Source of the DNA: an uncultured virus (IMG/VR IMGVR_UViG_3300012950_000001)
Taxonomy: Duplodnaviria > Heunggongvirae > Uroviricota > Caudoviricetes
Virus record (IMG/VR): IMGVR_UViG_3300012950_000001
Length of the DNA stretch: 64,000 bases
Strand: one strand, 5' to 3'
In this document: positions 35,113 to 43,938 of the stretch, piece by piece
Layout: the number at the start of each line of letters is the position of its first letter
Position numbering within the stretch: the stretch's first letter is position 1
Position numbers and translations under genes: made by a program
The notes under the pieces: generated by a model
Told to the model about the DNA's origin: nothing
Database searches by the model: none
What the model saw: only the letters and a program-made list of their open reading frames with translations

Positions 35113-36666
35113 ATGAAACGATTTAAAAAAGTAAAAAATATTACTATAGTTGGTGGTGGTACTGCTGGATGGCTTACTGCAATGTATTTTGCTAGAAGGA
35201 TATCTGTTCATCAGTGTTCCCCATGTATGCCATATGGTGATGAACTAGAGATAACAATTATTGATAAAGAAGTTCCAAACCCAATTGGAGTTGGAGAAGC
35301 TACTATATTGCAGTTTGGTAACTTCATGGAGAATATGGGATTCACCAGAGAGTATTGGATGAAGGAATTACATGCAATTTATAAGGGTGGTATTTTATTT
35401 TCTGGATGGACAGATGGTAGTGAAACCGATAATGTTTGGCATCCTTTTGGATTTACTGATATAACATACAATAAAGTAAAGGTATCTGATGTACCCAAGT
35501 ACTCAGAGTCGTGTTATAAAGTAGCACCTATGTGGGATATATGGAGTAAGTATAGAGATAAGTTTAATCTGATAGAGACATTAGCTTGTTACCATTCTGC
35601 AATGCAGAATAGAGTTGAGATGGAGAAAATAAATGTTTATGCTGACCATTTAGATGCTTCAAGGTTACCTATATTCTGCAAGAAACATACTAAGGATTTG
35701 GTTAATCATATAGAAAGTGATGTTGTAGATGTTATATGGAATGGGGAAGACGTTGATCATGTGGTTTTAAAAGACGGAAGAGAAATTAAATCGGATTTAT
35801 TTGTCGATTGTACTGGGTTTGCTAAATTATTATCCAAAGATAATAAACATGATATAGATTTAAGTGATAGGTTATACACTAATACTGCTGTTGCTGGAAG
35901 AATAGAATATCAGGATAGAGATACTGAAATGCATCCATATACTCATGCATGTGCAATGGATGATGGATGGGTTTGGATAACTCCTATAACATCTAGGATA
36001 GGATCTGGAATGGTTTTCAATAGAGATATTACTGATATAGAAGATGCAAAAGAAAGTTTCTGTAACTTCTGGGAAGGTAGAATATCCAAAGATGAACTGA
36101 AAGTGTTACAATGGAATCCAGTAATGTCTTCAGAACCTTGGAGAGGTAATGTTGTGAGTATTGGATTGAGTAGTGGTTTTATTGAACCCCTTGAGAGTAC
36201 AGGTATTGCTTTAATTTGTAGAGGTATTGAATTTATAGAAGAGACTATAAAGGGAGGTTGTTATGAAAAAGATGAAGTTGATGGATTCAATAGTAGGATG
36301 AGAGGTAACTATAATAATGCAGCTGATATTGTTAATATACATTATGCATATAATAAGAAAGACACACCTTTCTGGAGGTACGTACAATCCAAACATCAAA
36401 AGTCTGATCTGCAAATGTTATTTGAAGATGACATGGCAGATCCAGATAGAGTAACCAGACAAACCGTTAAGAACGGTATATTTGGTGGCCACAATTTTGC
36501 AGTATTAACTGCTCAACATGATCCAGATATCCTTGCAACTAAAAACTATTTTTGTAGGGAAGAAGGTGAAGAACACTTGATGTCCTTTAATGTCGATAAG
36601 TATTTTAAAGATTTGAGAGGATTTATCGACAGATCAGTACCCCTTAAGGAGGTTATCCATGACTAA
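35113..36666 (+). CDS. Flavin-dependent (tryptophan) halogenase family protein 2
   Basis: GGGTAGW, IGVGEAT, YKGGILF.GW, FVDCTG, GWVWITPI, FIEPLESTG. Confidence 0.88.
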   Translation: MKRFKKVKNITIVGGGTAGWLTAMYFARRISVHQCSPCMPYGDELEITIIDKEVPNPIGVGEATILQFGNFMENMGFTREYWMKELHAIYKGGILFSGWTDGSETDNVWHPFGFTDITYNKVKVSDVPKYSESCYKVAPMWDIWSKYRDKFNLIETLACYHSAMQNRVEMEKINVYADHLDASRLPIFCKKHTKDLVNHIESDVVDVIWNGEDVDHVVLKDGREIKSDLFVDCTGFAKLLSKDNKHDIDLSDRLYTNTAVAGRIEYQDRDTEMHPYTHACAMDDGWVWITPITSRIGSGMVFNRDITDIEDAKESFCNFWEGRISKDELKVLQWNPVMSSEPWRGNVVSIGLSSGFIEPLESTGIALICRGIEFIEETIKGGCYEKDEVDGFNSRMRGNYNNAADIVNIHYAYNKKDTPFWRYVQSKHQKSDLQMLFEDDMADPDRVTRQTVKNGIFGGHNFAVLTAQHDPDILATKNYFCREEGEEHLMSFNVDKYFKDLRGFIDRSVPLKEVIHD

Positions 36667-37186
36667 AACAGTATTTGTAAATGGAACATTCGATATACTC
36701 CATCCAGGCCATATGCAACTCTTTAAAGTTGCAAGGTCATTGGGTGATAGAGTTATATGTGCAACGGATAGTGATGAGAAGATTAGAACTGATAAACCTA
36801 ATACAGGGAAACCTATAAACAATCTTCCTTTTAGACTCACTATGTTGGAGTCTTGTAAATACATCGATACGGTCTTGTGGTTTAATACTCGACAAGAATT
36901 GTCCGATCTGATACAATTATATACTCCAGATGTTTTATTGTTGGGTGATGACTGGAGAAATGGAGTTGTAATTGGACAAGAGTTTGCTAAAGAAGTTAGA
37001 TTCTTTCCAAGGATACCTTTCTATTCCAGTACTAAAGTGATAGAAAAAGTAAGAGAAGGATGGACATCAGAGACGGAACTATCAAGTTTTGATTCTACTA
37101 TTGATACATCAAATTTAAAACCCAGACCCATTAGAAGAAAAGTGGGTGATGAAATGTACAAATCTCAAGAACACAGATATGAGTGA
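36659..37186 (+). CDS. Heptose-1-phosphate nucleotidyltransferase (HldC/RfaE domain II-like)
   Basis: VFVNGTFDILHPGH (HxGH), DSD..IR..K...PIN, PD.L..G.DW, C-terminal RIPFYSST. Confidence 0.85.
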   Translation: MTKTVFVNGTFDILHPGHMQLFKVARSLGDRVICATDSDEKIRTDKPNTGKPINNLPFRLTMLESCKYIDTVLWFNTRQELSDLIQLYTPDVLLLGDDWRNGVVIGQEFAKEVRFFPRIPFYSSTKVIEKVREGWTSETELSSFDSTIDTSNLKPRPIRRKVGDEMYKSQEHRYE

Positions 37187-37982
37187 CATTCTTATCATTG
37201 GAGACAAGTGTGAAGACAAATACATCTTCGGAGAGTGTAAACGTCTTAGTCCAGAACAACCTATACCAGTTCTAGATCAAACTAGTACAGCGTCTAGACC
37301 TGGCATGGCAGGTAATGTTGAAGAAAATTTGAGAGCTTTTGGACACAATACTCTTTTGTTACACCAAAGGGAACCTATTACTAAGACTAGATTTGTAGAT
37401 TCGACTAGTAAATATCAATTATTACGATTAGATGAAACACCAGAGGTTACTAGAATAACCTCATCAGAAGTTAAATTGGCTCTAATGCATATGAGTCCAT
37501 CAGCTTTGGTTATATCAGATTACGACAAAGGTTATCTTACTTCTGATGATCTATTATTGTTGTGCAATAACGTTAATGTACCAGTATTTGTCGATACTAA
37601 GAAGAAAAAACTTTTTCAAAAGGATAATGTATTTTGGAAAATAAATCAAAAGGAATATGATGAATTGGATCATGAGTATGAATTACCTAATGATACTCAT
37701 CTCATTGTCACCCTAGGAAACATGGGAGCAAGATGGAATAATATGGTATATACTTCAGAAAAAGTTCCTTGTTTTGATGTATGTGGTGCAGGTGATACCT
37801 TTATGACGGCTCTTGTACATAAATTCTTAGATACAGATGGAAATATGCCAGAGTCTATACACTTTGCAAATAAAGCTGCAGCTATATCTGTTCAATATCC
37901 AGGCGCATACCACCTAACTAAAGAAGAAATTGAGAAAATATCTAAGAAACCACGTAAGAAAAGAACTAGAAAAACTAAATGA
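37179..37982 (+). CDS. Heptose-7-phosphate kinase (HldA/RfaE domain I, PfkB family)
   Basis: IGD...D.Y..G...RLSPE.P.PV, GMAGNV..NL, ISDYDKG, VDTK, DVCGAGDTF, AN.AA; ATG 37179 overlaps the upstream stop region. Confidence 0.87.
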   Translation: MSDILIIGDKCEDKYIFGECKRLSPEQPIPVLDQTSTASRPGMAGNVEENLRAFGHNTLLLHQREPITKTRFVDSTSKYQLLRLDETPEVTRITSSEVKLALMHMSPSALVISDYDKGYLTSDDLLLLCNNVNVPVFVDTKKKKLFQKDNVFWKINQKEYDELDHEYELPNDTHLIVTLGNMGARWNNMVYTSEKVPCFDVCGAGDTFMTALVHKFLDTDGNMPESIHFANKAAAISVQYPGAYHLTKEEIEKISKKPRKKRTRKTK

Positions 37983-38509
37983 TAGAATCCCCTGTAGTTT
38001 TTAATAAAATATTACCTGATGATAAGTTTGATGCAGTAGCTTCCTTGTTTGAAGACTTTGGTGAATGGAGACTGTCTAATGTTTCCGATGCAGAAAAGGG
38101 TGGATATACTAGTTGGGAACTGAATGAAACGACTGTAGTTCGCCCATCAAATTTAATTTATTATGATGTTGCGTCTTACATTAAACTAATAATTAAGAAA
38201 TTCATTCGTCATGATATTGAATGTATAAGACTTCATACTAATGGACAAACGTTTGGTCAGGGATCAGAATTTCACAAGGATTTTGATAGTGATGAATATT
38301 ATACTTTCTTATTATTCACATCTCCAAACTGGGATGTTCAATGGGGTGGAGAATTTGTTTGTAGAAATGAGGATAATTTCTGGGCAATACCATATCAATC
38401 TAATGGAGGAGTATTGTTTAAGTCCAATTGGGACCATTATGGCCAATCTCCTAATATTTTGACTGATAGAATAAGGACTTCTTTAGCCTATAGTTATAAA
38501 GAAGTCTGA
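37979..38509 (+). CDS. 2OG-Fe(II) oxygenase (prolyl-4-hydroxylase-like)
   Basis: NGQT.GQ...FH.D, W...WGGE, H.G..P, R.SLAY. Confidence 0.8.
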   Translation: MIESPVVFNKILPDDKFDAVASLFEDFGEWRLSNVSDAEKGGYTSWELNETTVVRPSNLIYYDVASYIKLIIKKFIRHDIECIRLHTNGQTFGQGSEFHKDFDSDEYYTFLLFTSPNWDVQWGGEFVCRNEDNFWAIPYQSNGGVLFKSNWDHYGQSPNILTDRIRTSLAYSYKEV

Positions 38510-38515
38510 GATCCA

Positions 38516-38932
38516 TTATTCTATCAGGTCGCCAGCTAATATCCTATGTGAATCTGTATCAGAATGTTCTGTACTGAACTCAAATAGTTCGGTATCTTCT
38601 AGTGCGTACATTCTATGTTTCAGACCAATAGGTACATGGAACTTATCTCCTCTCTCCAATATGGTTATATGTGCATGTTCAATATCATCTTCCCATCCGT
38701 GGAAGAGTTTAATCTTTCCGCTTTGAACAAAAAATACTTCGTCTTTTAGTTTATGGTAATGCCATGAACACTGTTTGCCCTTGACAATAAACAATAACTT
38801 ACCACAATATTTCTCACAGTTCGCTATCCATTTTTCATATCCCCAACCCTTCGGAACATACTTGACAGGTTCCGCCGCCCTCGCATTACGAGGCCTTCTA
38901 CTAGCACTAGGAGATTTAGGATAAGTTCTCAT
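38516..38932 (-). CDS. Cupin-domain sugar isomerase-like protein
   Basis: V.KGWG.E.WI.N...YCGK.L....G..CS.HYH..KDE.F.V..G, P.G..H, E.ST...D.D (metal-binding H-x-H...E...H). Confidence 0.8.
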   Translation of the reverse strand: MRTYPKSPSASRRPRNARAAEPVKYVPKGWGYEKWIANCEKYCGKLLFIVKGKQCSWHYHKLKDEVFFVQSGKIKLFHGWEDDIEHAHITILERGDKFHVPIGLKHRMYALEDTELFEFSTEHSDTDSHRILAGDLIE

Positions 38933-39273
38933 TTCACATCTTTAAAGAAAACATGATCAGGCCAAGCCTTATCATCAATGAACATATCTGCATGAGGTTT
39001 GCCCATGATTAGTTCGTGATACTTAACGCCCCACTCTTTAAGTTGTTTTTGAGTCAACTCAAATAGGACTGCTGAAGCCTTTGCTGCAGCGATGGGATAT
39101 TCCTCAGTAGAGAATCTACCCATTGCACGAGCAGTGAAGTAAATAATATAATTTCCTTCATCATACAATTTATTTAGAGTATGAATTCTAGTCTCATATG
39201 GTTGAGCACTCTCATAATCCCTTCCCTTGGTTGGGGTGCATATAGTACCATCTATATCAACGCAATACCTCAT
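38929..39273 (-). CDS. Minimal HAD-superfamily phosphatase (GmhB-like role inferred)
   Basis: YCVDIDGTIC (DxD motif I), FTAR (II), GKP (III), IDDK (IV). Confidence 0.8.
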   Translation of the reverse strand: MRYCVDIDGTICTPTKGRDYESAQPYETRIHTLNKLYDEGNYIIYFTARAMGRFSTEEYPIAAAKASAVLFELTQKQLKEWGVKYHELIMGKPHADMFIDDKAWPDHVFFKDVK

Positions 39274-40051
39274 TGATGTAATTCCTCACTGTAATAAATT
39301 TATAATCACCCCATACTGGTAAAGCAGAAGTGAATTCTTGATACTTGCCTCGTAAGTGTTCAGGGAATGGTATTAATTCTATTTCACCATTATACTTGTT
39401 TGCAACTAATTCCGCAACATCTTGGAAAGTAACTGCATTACTTGTGCCCAAATCATATATTCCAGAACCCTTTTGATTGCTCAAAACAATTGCAACCACA
39501 TCTTCAACACAAACGAAATCTCTGAAGTACATATCAGAACCTTCAAAGAGTTTTATCTTACCTGTTTCTTGTACTTGTTTGGAGAATTTACTTACTGGAC
39601 TTGCTTGATTACCTTTATGTTCTTCTCCTTCACCATAGACATTAAAGTATCTAAACCCTTGTACTGATTTGAATTCTGTTATGTGATCATTAACCCAGTA
39701 ATCAACAGCAACTTTAGATAATGCGTAGTAGTTTAATGGATTAATAATCTGTTCCATATGTCCATATACCGATGCCGAAGATGCATATTTAACTGGTATC
39801 TGGTATTCTATTGCTTTTTTGAATAGTTCAATTGTAAATTCTACATTATACTTATGGATCTTATTTAAATCTGTTTCTGTGGTACTTGATATTGCACCTT
39901 GATGTATTATTAATTTTACTTTATCCCAATTCTTATATTCCTCCAGAAACTTAAAAGCTCCTTCTGCTTCTACTCTATAGAGATTTTCTGGATCAAGTAC
40001 CTTAGTAAATGCTTGACCTATAAAACCTTGGTATCCAGTAAGTATTATCAT
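39257..40051 (-). CDS. hldD: ADP-L-glycero-D-manno-heptose 6-epimerase (HldD/RfaD-like)
   Basis: TG..GFIG, HQGAIS.TTE, YASSASVYG, PLNYYA.SK, FRYFNVYG..E.HKG..AS, RDFV.V.DV, P..L.GKYQ.FT.A. Confidence 0.88.
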   Translation of the reverse strand: MIILTGYQGFIGQAFTKVLDPENLYRVEAEGAFKFLEEYKNWDKVKLIIHQGAISSTTETDLNKIHKYNVEFTIELFKKAIEYQIPVKYASSASVYGHMEQIINPLNYYALSKVAVDYWVNDHITEFKSVQGFRYFNVYGEGEEHKGNQASPVSKFSKQVQETGKIKLFEGSDMYFRDFVCVEDVVAIVLSNQKGSGIYDLGTSNAVTFQDVAELVANKYNGEIELIPFPEHLRGKYQEFTSALPVWGDYKFITVRNYINEVLR

Positions 40052-40764
40052 TGTTTAGGCCATGGAAAATGTAATGGTAAGAAGATCACCTGAACTAACC
40101 TGTGTAGGTCATCTTTGTATATAAGATCTTTATCATATGCTCCATGTAGGATACTGTCGGGATAGAATACCATTCTATTGTATTTCATTTCAGCGAGATG
40201 TATTAATTCCCAATCACCATCACTATCTGTAATATACTTATCTCTAGGAATATCTTTACACTCTTCAGATTTTGGATTGATTTGCATACCCTTATAGGTA
40301 TAGAAACCAGTTCCACCATTACATTCATCATCTTTATTTAAGTATATAACACTAGCCCATCCTCTAGTTTTAAGACCAACTGGAAAATCTACATGTGGTA
40401 TTCTATCTCTTCCTTCTGACTGGGTAACATTAACAGAGAATGGAACATTTCTCATTGATTGTTCCAATACTACAGATTCATCTTTTGTTAATCCATATAC
40501 ATTTTCTAGCATCTCTTTCCATACGGGAAAGAAATTATCCAGATCCATGTTCATATCTACTCTTACTCCAGGCAATCCTGCACATACTCTATTGTTTTTA
40601 GTGCCTGGTACTCTAAGTGTTAGATCTCTAACTTTATCTGGGTACTTATAGAAGTTATCAATATAGATTATTGGGGTCTCTTCCCATCCCATTATCTCTA
40701 CTCTTGCACCCAATTCGTCATTGATTGCGAAAGTCTCGTGTTCATCAATAAAATACTTTTTCAT
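40048..40764 (-). CDS. 2OG-Fe(II) oxygenase-like protein (DUF6445-type), paralogue of 29786
   Basis: IDNFYK.PD.VR, PH.D, WASVIYLN, GGT.FY, MKYNR.V.Y....HG, RL.Q. Confidence 0.75.
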   Translation of the reverse strand: MKKYFIDEHETFAINDELGARVEIMGWEETPIIYIDNFYKYPDKVRDLTLRVPGTKNNRVCAGLPGVRVDMNMDLDNFFPVWKEMLENVYGLTKDESVVLEQSMRNVPFSVNVTQSEGRDRIPHVDFPVGLKTRGWASVIYLNKDDECNGGTGFYTYKGMQINPKSEECKDIPRDKYITDSDGDWELIHLAEMKYNRMVFYPDSILHGAYDKDLIYKDDLHRLVQVIFLPLHFPWPKQ

Positions 40765-40768
40765 ATAA

Positions 40769-40776
40769 CCTAAATA
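40769..40776 (+). promoter_or_regulatory. Late promoter variant (CCTAAATA)
   Basis: TAAATA core upstream of gp13. Confidence 0.55.
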
Positions 40777-40803
40777 CTTCGGAGAAACTTATGAATTACT
40801 GGA

Positions 40804-41622
40804 ATGGCGAAACCAATCAGTAAAGACGGGTTGAAAGAGTACGCTCTTAGGAAACTCGGAAAACCAGTACTGGAAATCAATGTCGATGATGATCAAGTAG
40901 ATGATCTAATCGATGATGCCGTCCAATATTTTCACGAGAGACATGGTGAGGGAATAGATCGTGTCTTTCTTAAACACAAACTAACAAAAGCTGAGAAGAC
41001 TACTCTCACGGGAGTTGCTTCTACAACAACAGTAACCAGTACTCAAGGTGGAATACCATCATTAGAGTATGAAGAAAATGCCAATTTCCTTCCTTTACCT
41101 GACTCAGTTATTGCAGTCAATAAGGTATTTAAAATGGACTCATCCACCTTATCGGCGGGTATGTTCAATGTAAAATACCAGATCTTCCTTAATGATTTAT
41201 ACTACTACGGTGCAATAGATTTATTGAACTATAGTCAAACAAAATCATACTTGGAGACTATCGATTATCTACTTAATCCAGATGTTCAAGTAAGATTTAA
41301 TAAGAAAAACGGTAAGTTATATCTTGATTTAAACCTAAAGGAATTGGTTGATGACCATTATCTAATTATAGATTGTTATAGGGTTGTTGATCCAGAAAGT
41401 GAAACAGCAGTTTATAACGATCACTGGCTTAAACAGTATACCACTTCTTTGATCAAAAGGCAATGGGGTCAAAATTTAATTAAATTCACAGGTGTTAAAC
41501 TACCTGGCGGATTGGAATTAAATGGTCGTCAGATATATGACGATGCTGTTGCAGAAATTGAGAAACATGAGGAGAAGTTAATGTCAGAGTATGCTTTGCC
41601 ACCTTTAGATATGGTAGGATAA
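40804..41622 (+). CDS. gp13: Neck protein gp13
   Basis: LK.Y.LR.LG.PV.EINV...Q..D.I..A, W...Y...L.K.QWG.NL.KF.G..LPGG..LNG..I. Confidence 0.93.
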   Translation: MAKPISKDGLKEYALRKLGKPVLEINVDDDQVDDLIDDAVQYFHERHGEGIDRVFLKHKLTKAEKTTLTGVASTTTVTSTQGGIPSLEYEENANFLPLPDSVIAVNKVFKMDSSTLSAGMFNVKYQIFLNDLYYYGAIDLLNYSQTKSYLETIDYLLNPDVQVRFNKKNGKLYLDLNLKELVDDHYLIIDCYRVVDPESETAVYNDHWLKQYTTSLIKRQWGQNLIKFTGVKLPGGLELNGRQIYDDAVAEIEKHEEKLMSEYALPPLDMVG

Positions 41623-43914
41623 ATGCCTTTATCTCCTTTCTTTTTACACGGATCACCAAGCGAACAAAGACTTGTTCAGGATTTGGTGAATGAACATCTG
41701 AAGATGTTTGGTCAGGATGTCCTGTACATGCCTAGAAGGATTGTTAATGAGAACACAGTTATAAAGGAAATAACTGCTTCTAGATTTGACGATAGTTTTA
41801 GGTTAGAAGCATACTTAGTGAATGTTGATGGATTTGGTACTCCATCGGATGTACTATCTAAGTTTGGTGTTCGTGCAACTGATGAGATAACATTGGTTGT
41901 TTCTAAAGAAAGGTATGATGATTTCATATCTCCATTCTTAAAGTTATGGCCAGCAGATGAAATTAAGGTTGCTCATACTCCACAAGAAGGAGACTTAATA
42001 TATCTTCCATTAGATAATGGATTGTTTGAGATCAAATACGTAGAAAGAAAAGTACCTTTCTACCAGATGAATGACCTATTCATGTATGAACTTAGATGTG
42101 AGCTCTTTGAAGTTGAAGATGAAGTTATTGATCTACCAGATAGTCTCACCGATAAGGAAGGTGTTCCTGTAGAGGATACTATTGCAACTATGGGTCAAGT
42201 AGTAACATTACAGATGGCTACTGATGATTATCAGAATGCTGTTGCTAATGTATCTCTTGCCTCTACTATCATTGGAACTAAGTCTGTTCAGATGATTAAG
42301 TTGTTTGATGATGGTAACTATAAGGGAACTCCAGCAGTTACTATTAACAAACCAACTAGAGGAGGACAAGCGATTGGTACTGTTACCATTGCTGATGGTG
42401 CAATTCAAACTACAAACATTACATTTGCAGGTACTAATTATTTAAATGTCCCAAGCGTATCCTTTACTCCACCAAATCGTACAGCATCATCCCAGATTAA
42501 GTTTGGAAACAATTCGTTATACCATAGTAACGATACTGATGTTAATGGTGCTAACTTTAAATTTACATCGAATGTAGATTCATTCCAAGCTGGGGATGGA
42601 AGATTATCCTTTAGTTGTTGGATATATCCTACACAATTCGATCAAGATCCTAATTATGGTGCAGCCATAATGTGGACTAATAGATTCAAAATATATCATA
42701 GAGAAACAGGAAACGTAGTATTTGCTTCTGGTTCTGGATCTATAGAGAATACTACACCACTAACTCTAAATGCGTGGAACTTTATTAGAGTAGAACAGTA
42801 TGAACAGGATGCTACTATATCTGTCAATGGAAACGTAAGTAACAATTTAGGTACTGCTGATCCTATTCTATTCTTTGCAAACGATCAATTAAAGTTTGGT
42901 GCTGATACCTCTGGTGCTGGTAAAAATCCCATTGTCACAAAGGGATTTAAAGGATATCTAGATCATGTCACTGTAAATTTAACAGGAGATAATGCATTTA
43001 GAAATACCAGTTCTCAACTTGTTCCAACTACTACTGTACAACAAGAGAGTGATCCACAGACATCTACTGTTGCTCAGTTTATTAACAATCTTAATAATGA
43101 GTTACCAATAGTAACTGCTGCGTTAAATTCTGATAGGGAAGTTGATAGTCTTACGATTAACCACCCAGGCAACGGATACACTTCTGTTCCTATAATGACT
43201 ATTGGTGCAGCTGATCTTGGTGATCAGGCAACTGCTGTTGCTATTATGACTAGTAGAAGTGGTGTTCCTAATAAAGCTATTGATAGAATTTTATTAGTAA
43301 ATCCTGGCACAGGATACACTACTCCACCAACCATAACATTTACTGGTGGTTCTCCGACTTCTGTTGCAATTGCTACTGCTATTGTATCCGAAGCATGTCT
43401 TGGTCCAGTTGCAATCACCACTGGTGGTACGGGATATACATATCTACCAACAGTTGGTATTACTCCTGTATGGGTTCAACAGTCTAATGAAACAACAGAG
43501 TTACTGTGGAACGCACAAGCAGAGGCAGTTGTAAGTACTGCTAATACTGTTACTGAAATTAGATACAGTAATGCTGGTGCTGGTTATACAAGTACTAATG
43601 CACTTGTTTCTATATCTTCCATTACCTCACCATCATTTGGTGATTATGAAGGTGGAGAAATAGTTAAGGGAGTCTCTACTGGTACTAGTGCATATGTTTC
43701 TAGTTGGGATGCATCAACTAGGATACTTAAACTCAGTATTCCGAACGGTAACTTTGCATTAGGTGAAGCAATTGTTGGTGCTGGAGCAAGTTATACAGTA
43801 TCTTCCGTTAAGGATGATTTTGGTAATTTGGACTTTGCTTCTAATGATGAAATAGAACTAGAAGCTGATTCAATATTAGATTTCACAGAGAACAATCCAT
43901 TTGGTGAGTTCTAA
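41623..43914 (+). CDS. gp14: Neck protein gp14 with large inserted decoration domains (LamG-like)
   Basis: EQ.L..DLV.E.....G..V.Y.PR, LSKFG, P.EGDLIY.P, FEI..VE...PFYQ, C-terminal DF.E.NPFG; insert with SFSCWIYP...W..I...G..D LamG-like pattern. Confidence 0.88.
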   Translation: MPLSPFFLHGSPSEQRLVQDLVNEHLKMFGQDVLYMPRRIVNENTVIKEITASRFDDSFRLEAYLVNVDGFGTPSDVLSKFGVRATDEITLVVSKERYDDFISPFLKLWPADEIKVAHTPQEGDLIYLPLDNGLFEIKYVERKVPFYQMNDLFMYELRCELFEVEDEVIDLPDSLTDKEGVPVEDTIATMGQVVTLQMATDDYQNAVANVSLASTIIGTKSVQMIKLFDDGNYKGTPAVTINKPTRGGQAIGTVTIADGAIQTTNITFAGTNYLNVPSVSFTPPNRTASSQIKFGNNSLYHSNDTDVNGANFKFTSNVDSFQAGDGRLSFSCWIYPTQFDQDPNYGAAIMWTNRFKIYHRETGNVVFASGSGSIENTTPLTLNAWNFIRVEQYEQDATISVNGNVSNNLGTADPILFFANDQLKFGADTSGAGKNPIVTKGFKGYLDHVTVNLTGDNAFRNTSSQLVPTTTVQQESDPQTSTVAQFINNLNNELPIVTAALNSDREVDSLTINHPGNGYTSVPIMTIGAADLGDQATAVAIMTSRSGVPNKAIDRILLVNPGTGYTTPPTITFTGGSPTSVAIATAIVSEACLGPVAITTGGTGYTYLPTVGITPVWVQQSNETTELLWNAQAEAVVSTANTVTEIRYSNAGAGYTSTNALVSISSITSPSFGDYEGGEIVKGVSTGTSAYVSSWDASTRILKLSIPNGNFALGEAIVGAGASYTVSSVKDDFGNLDFASNDEIELEADSILDFTENNPFGEF

Positions 43915-43938
43915 ATACTATTATAAGGTGGTAATATT

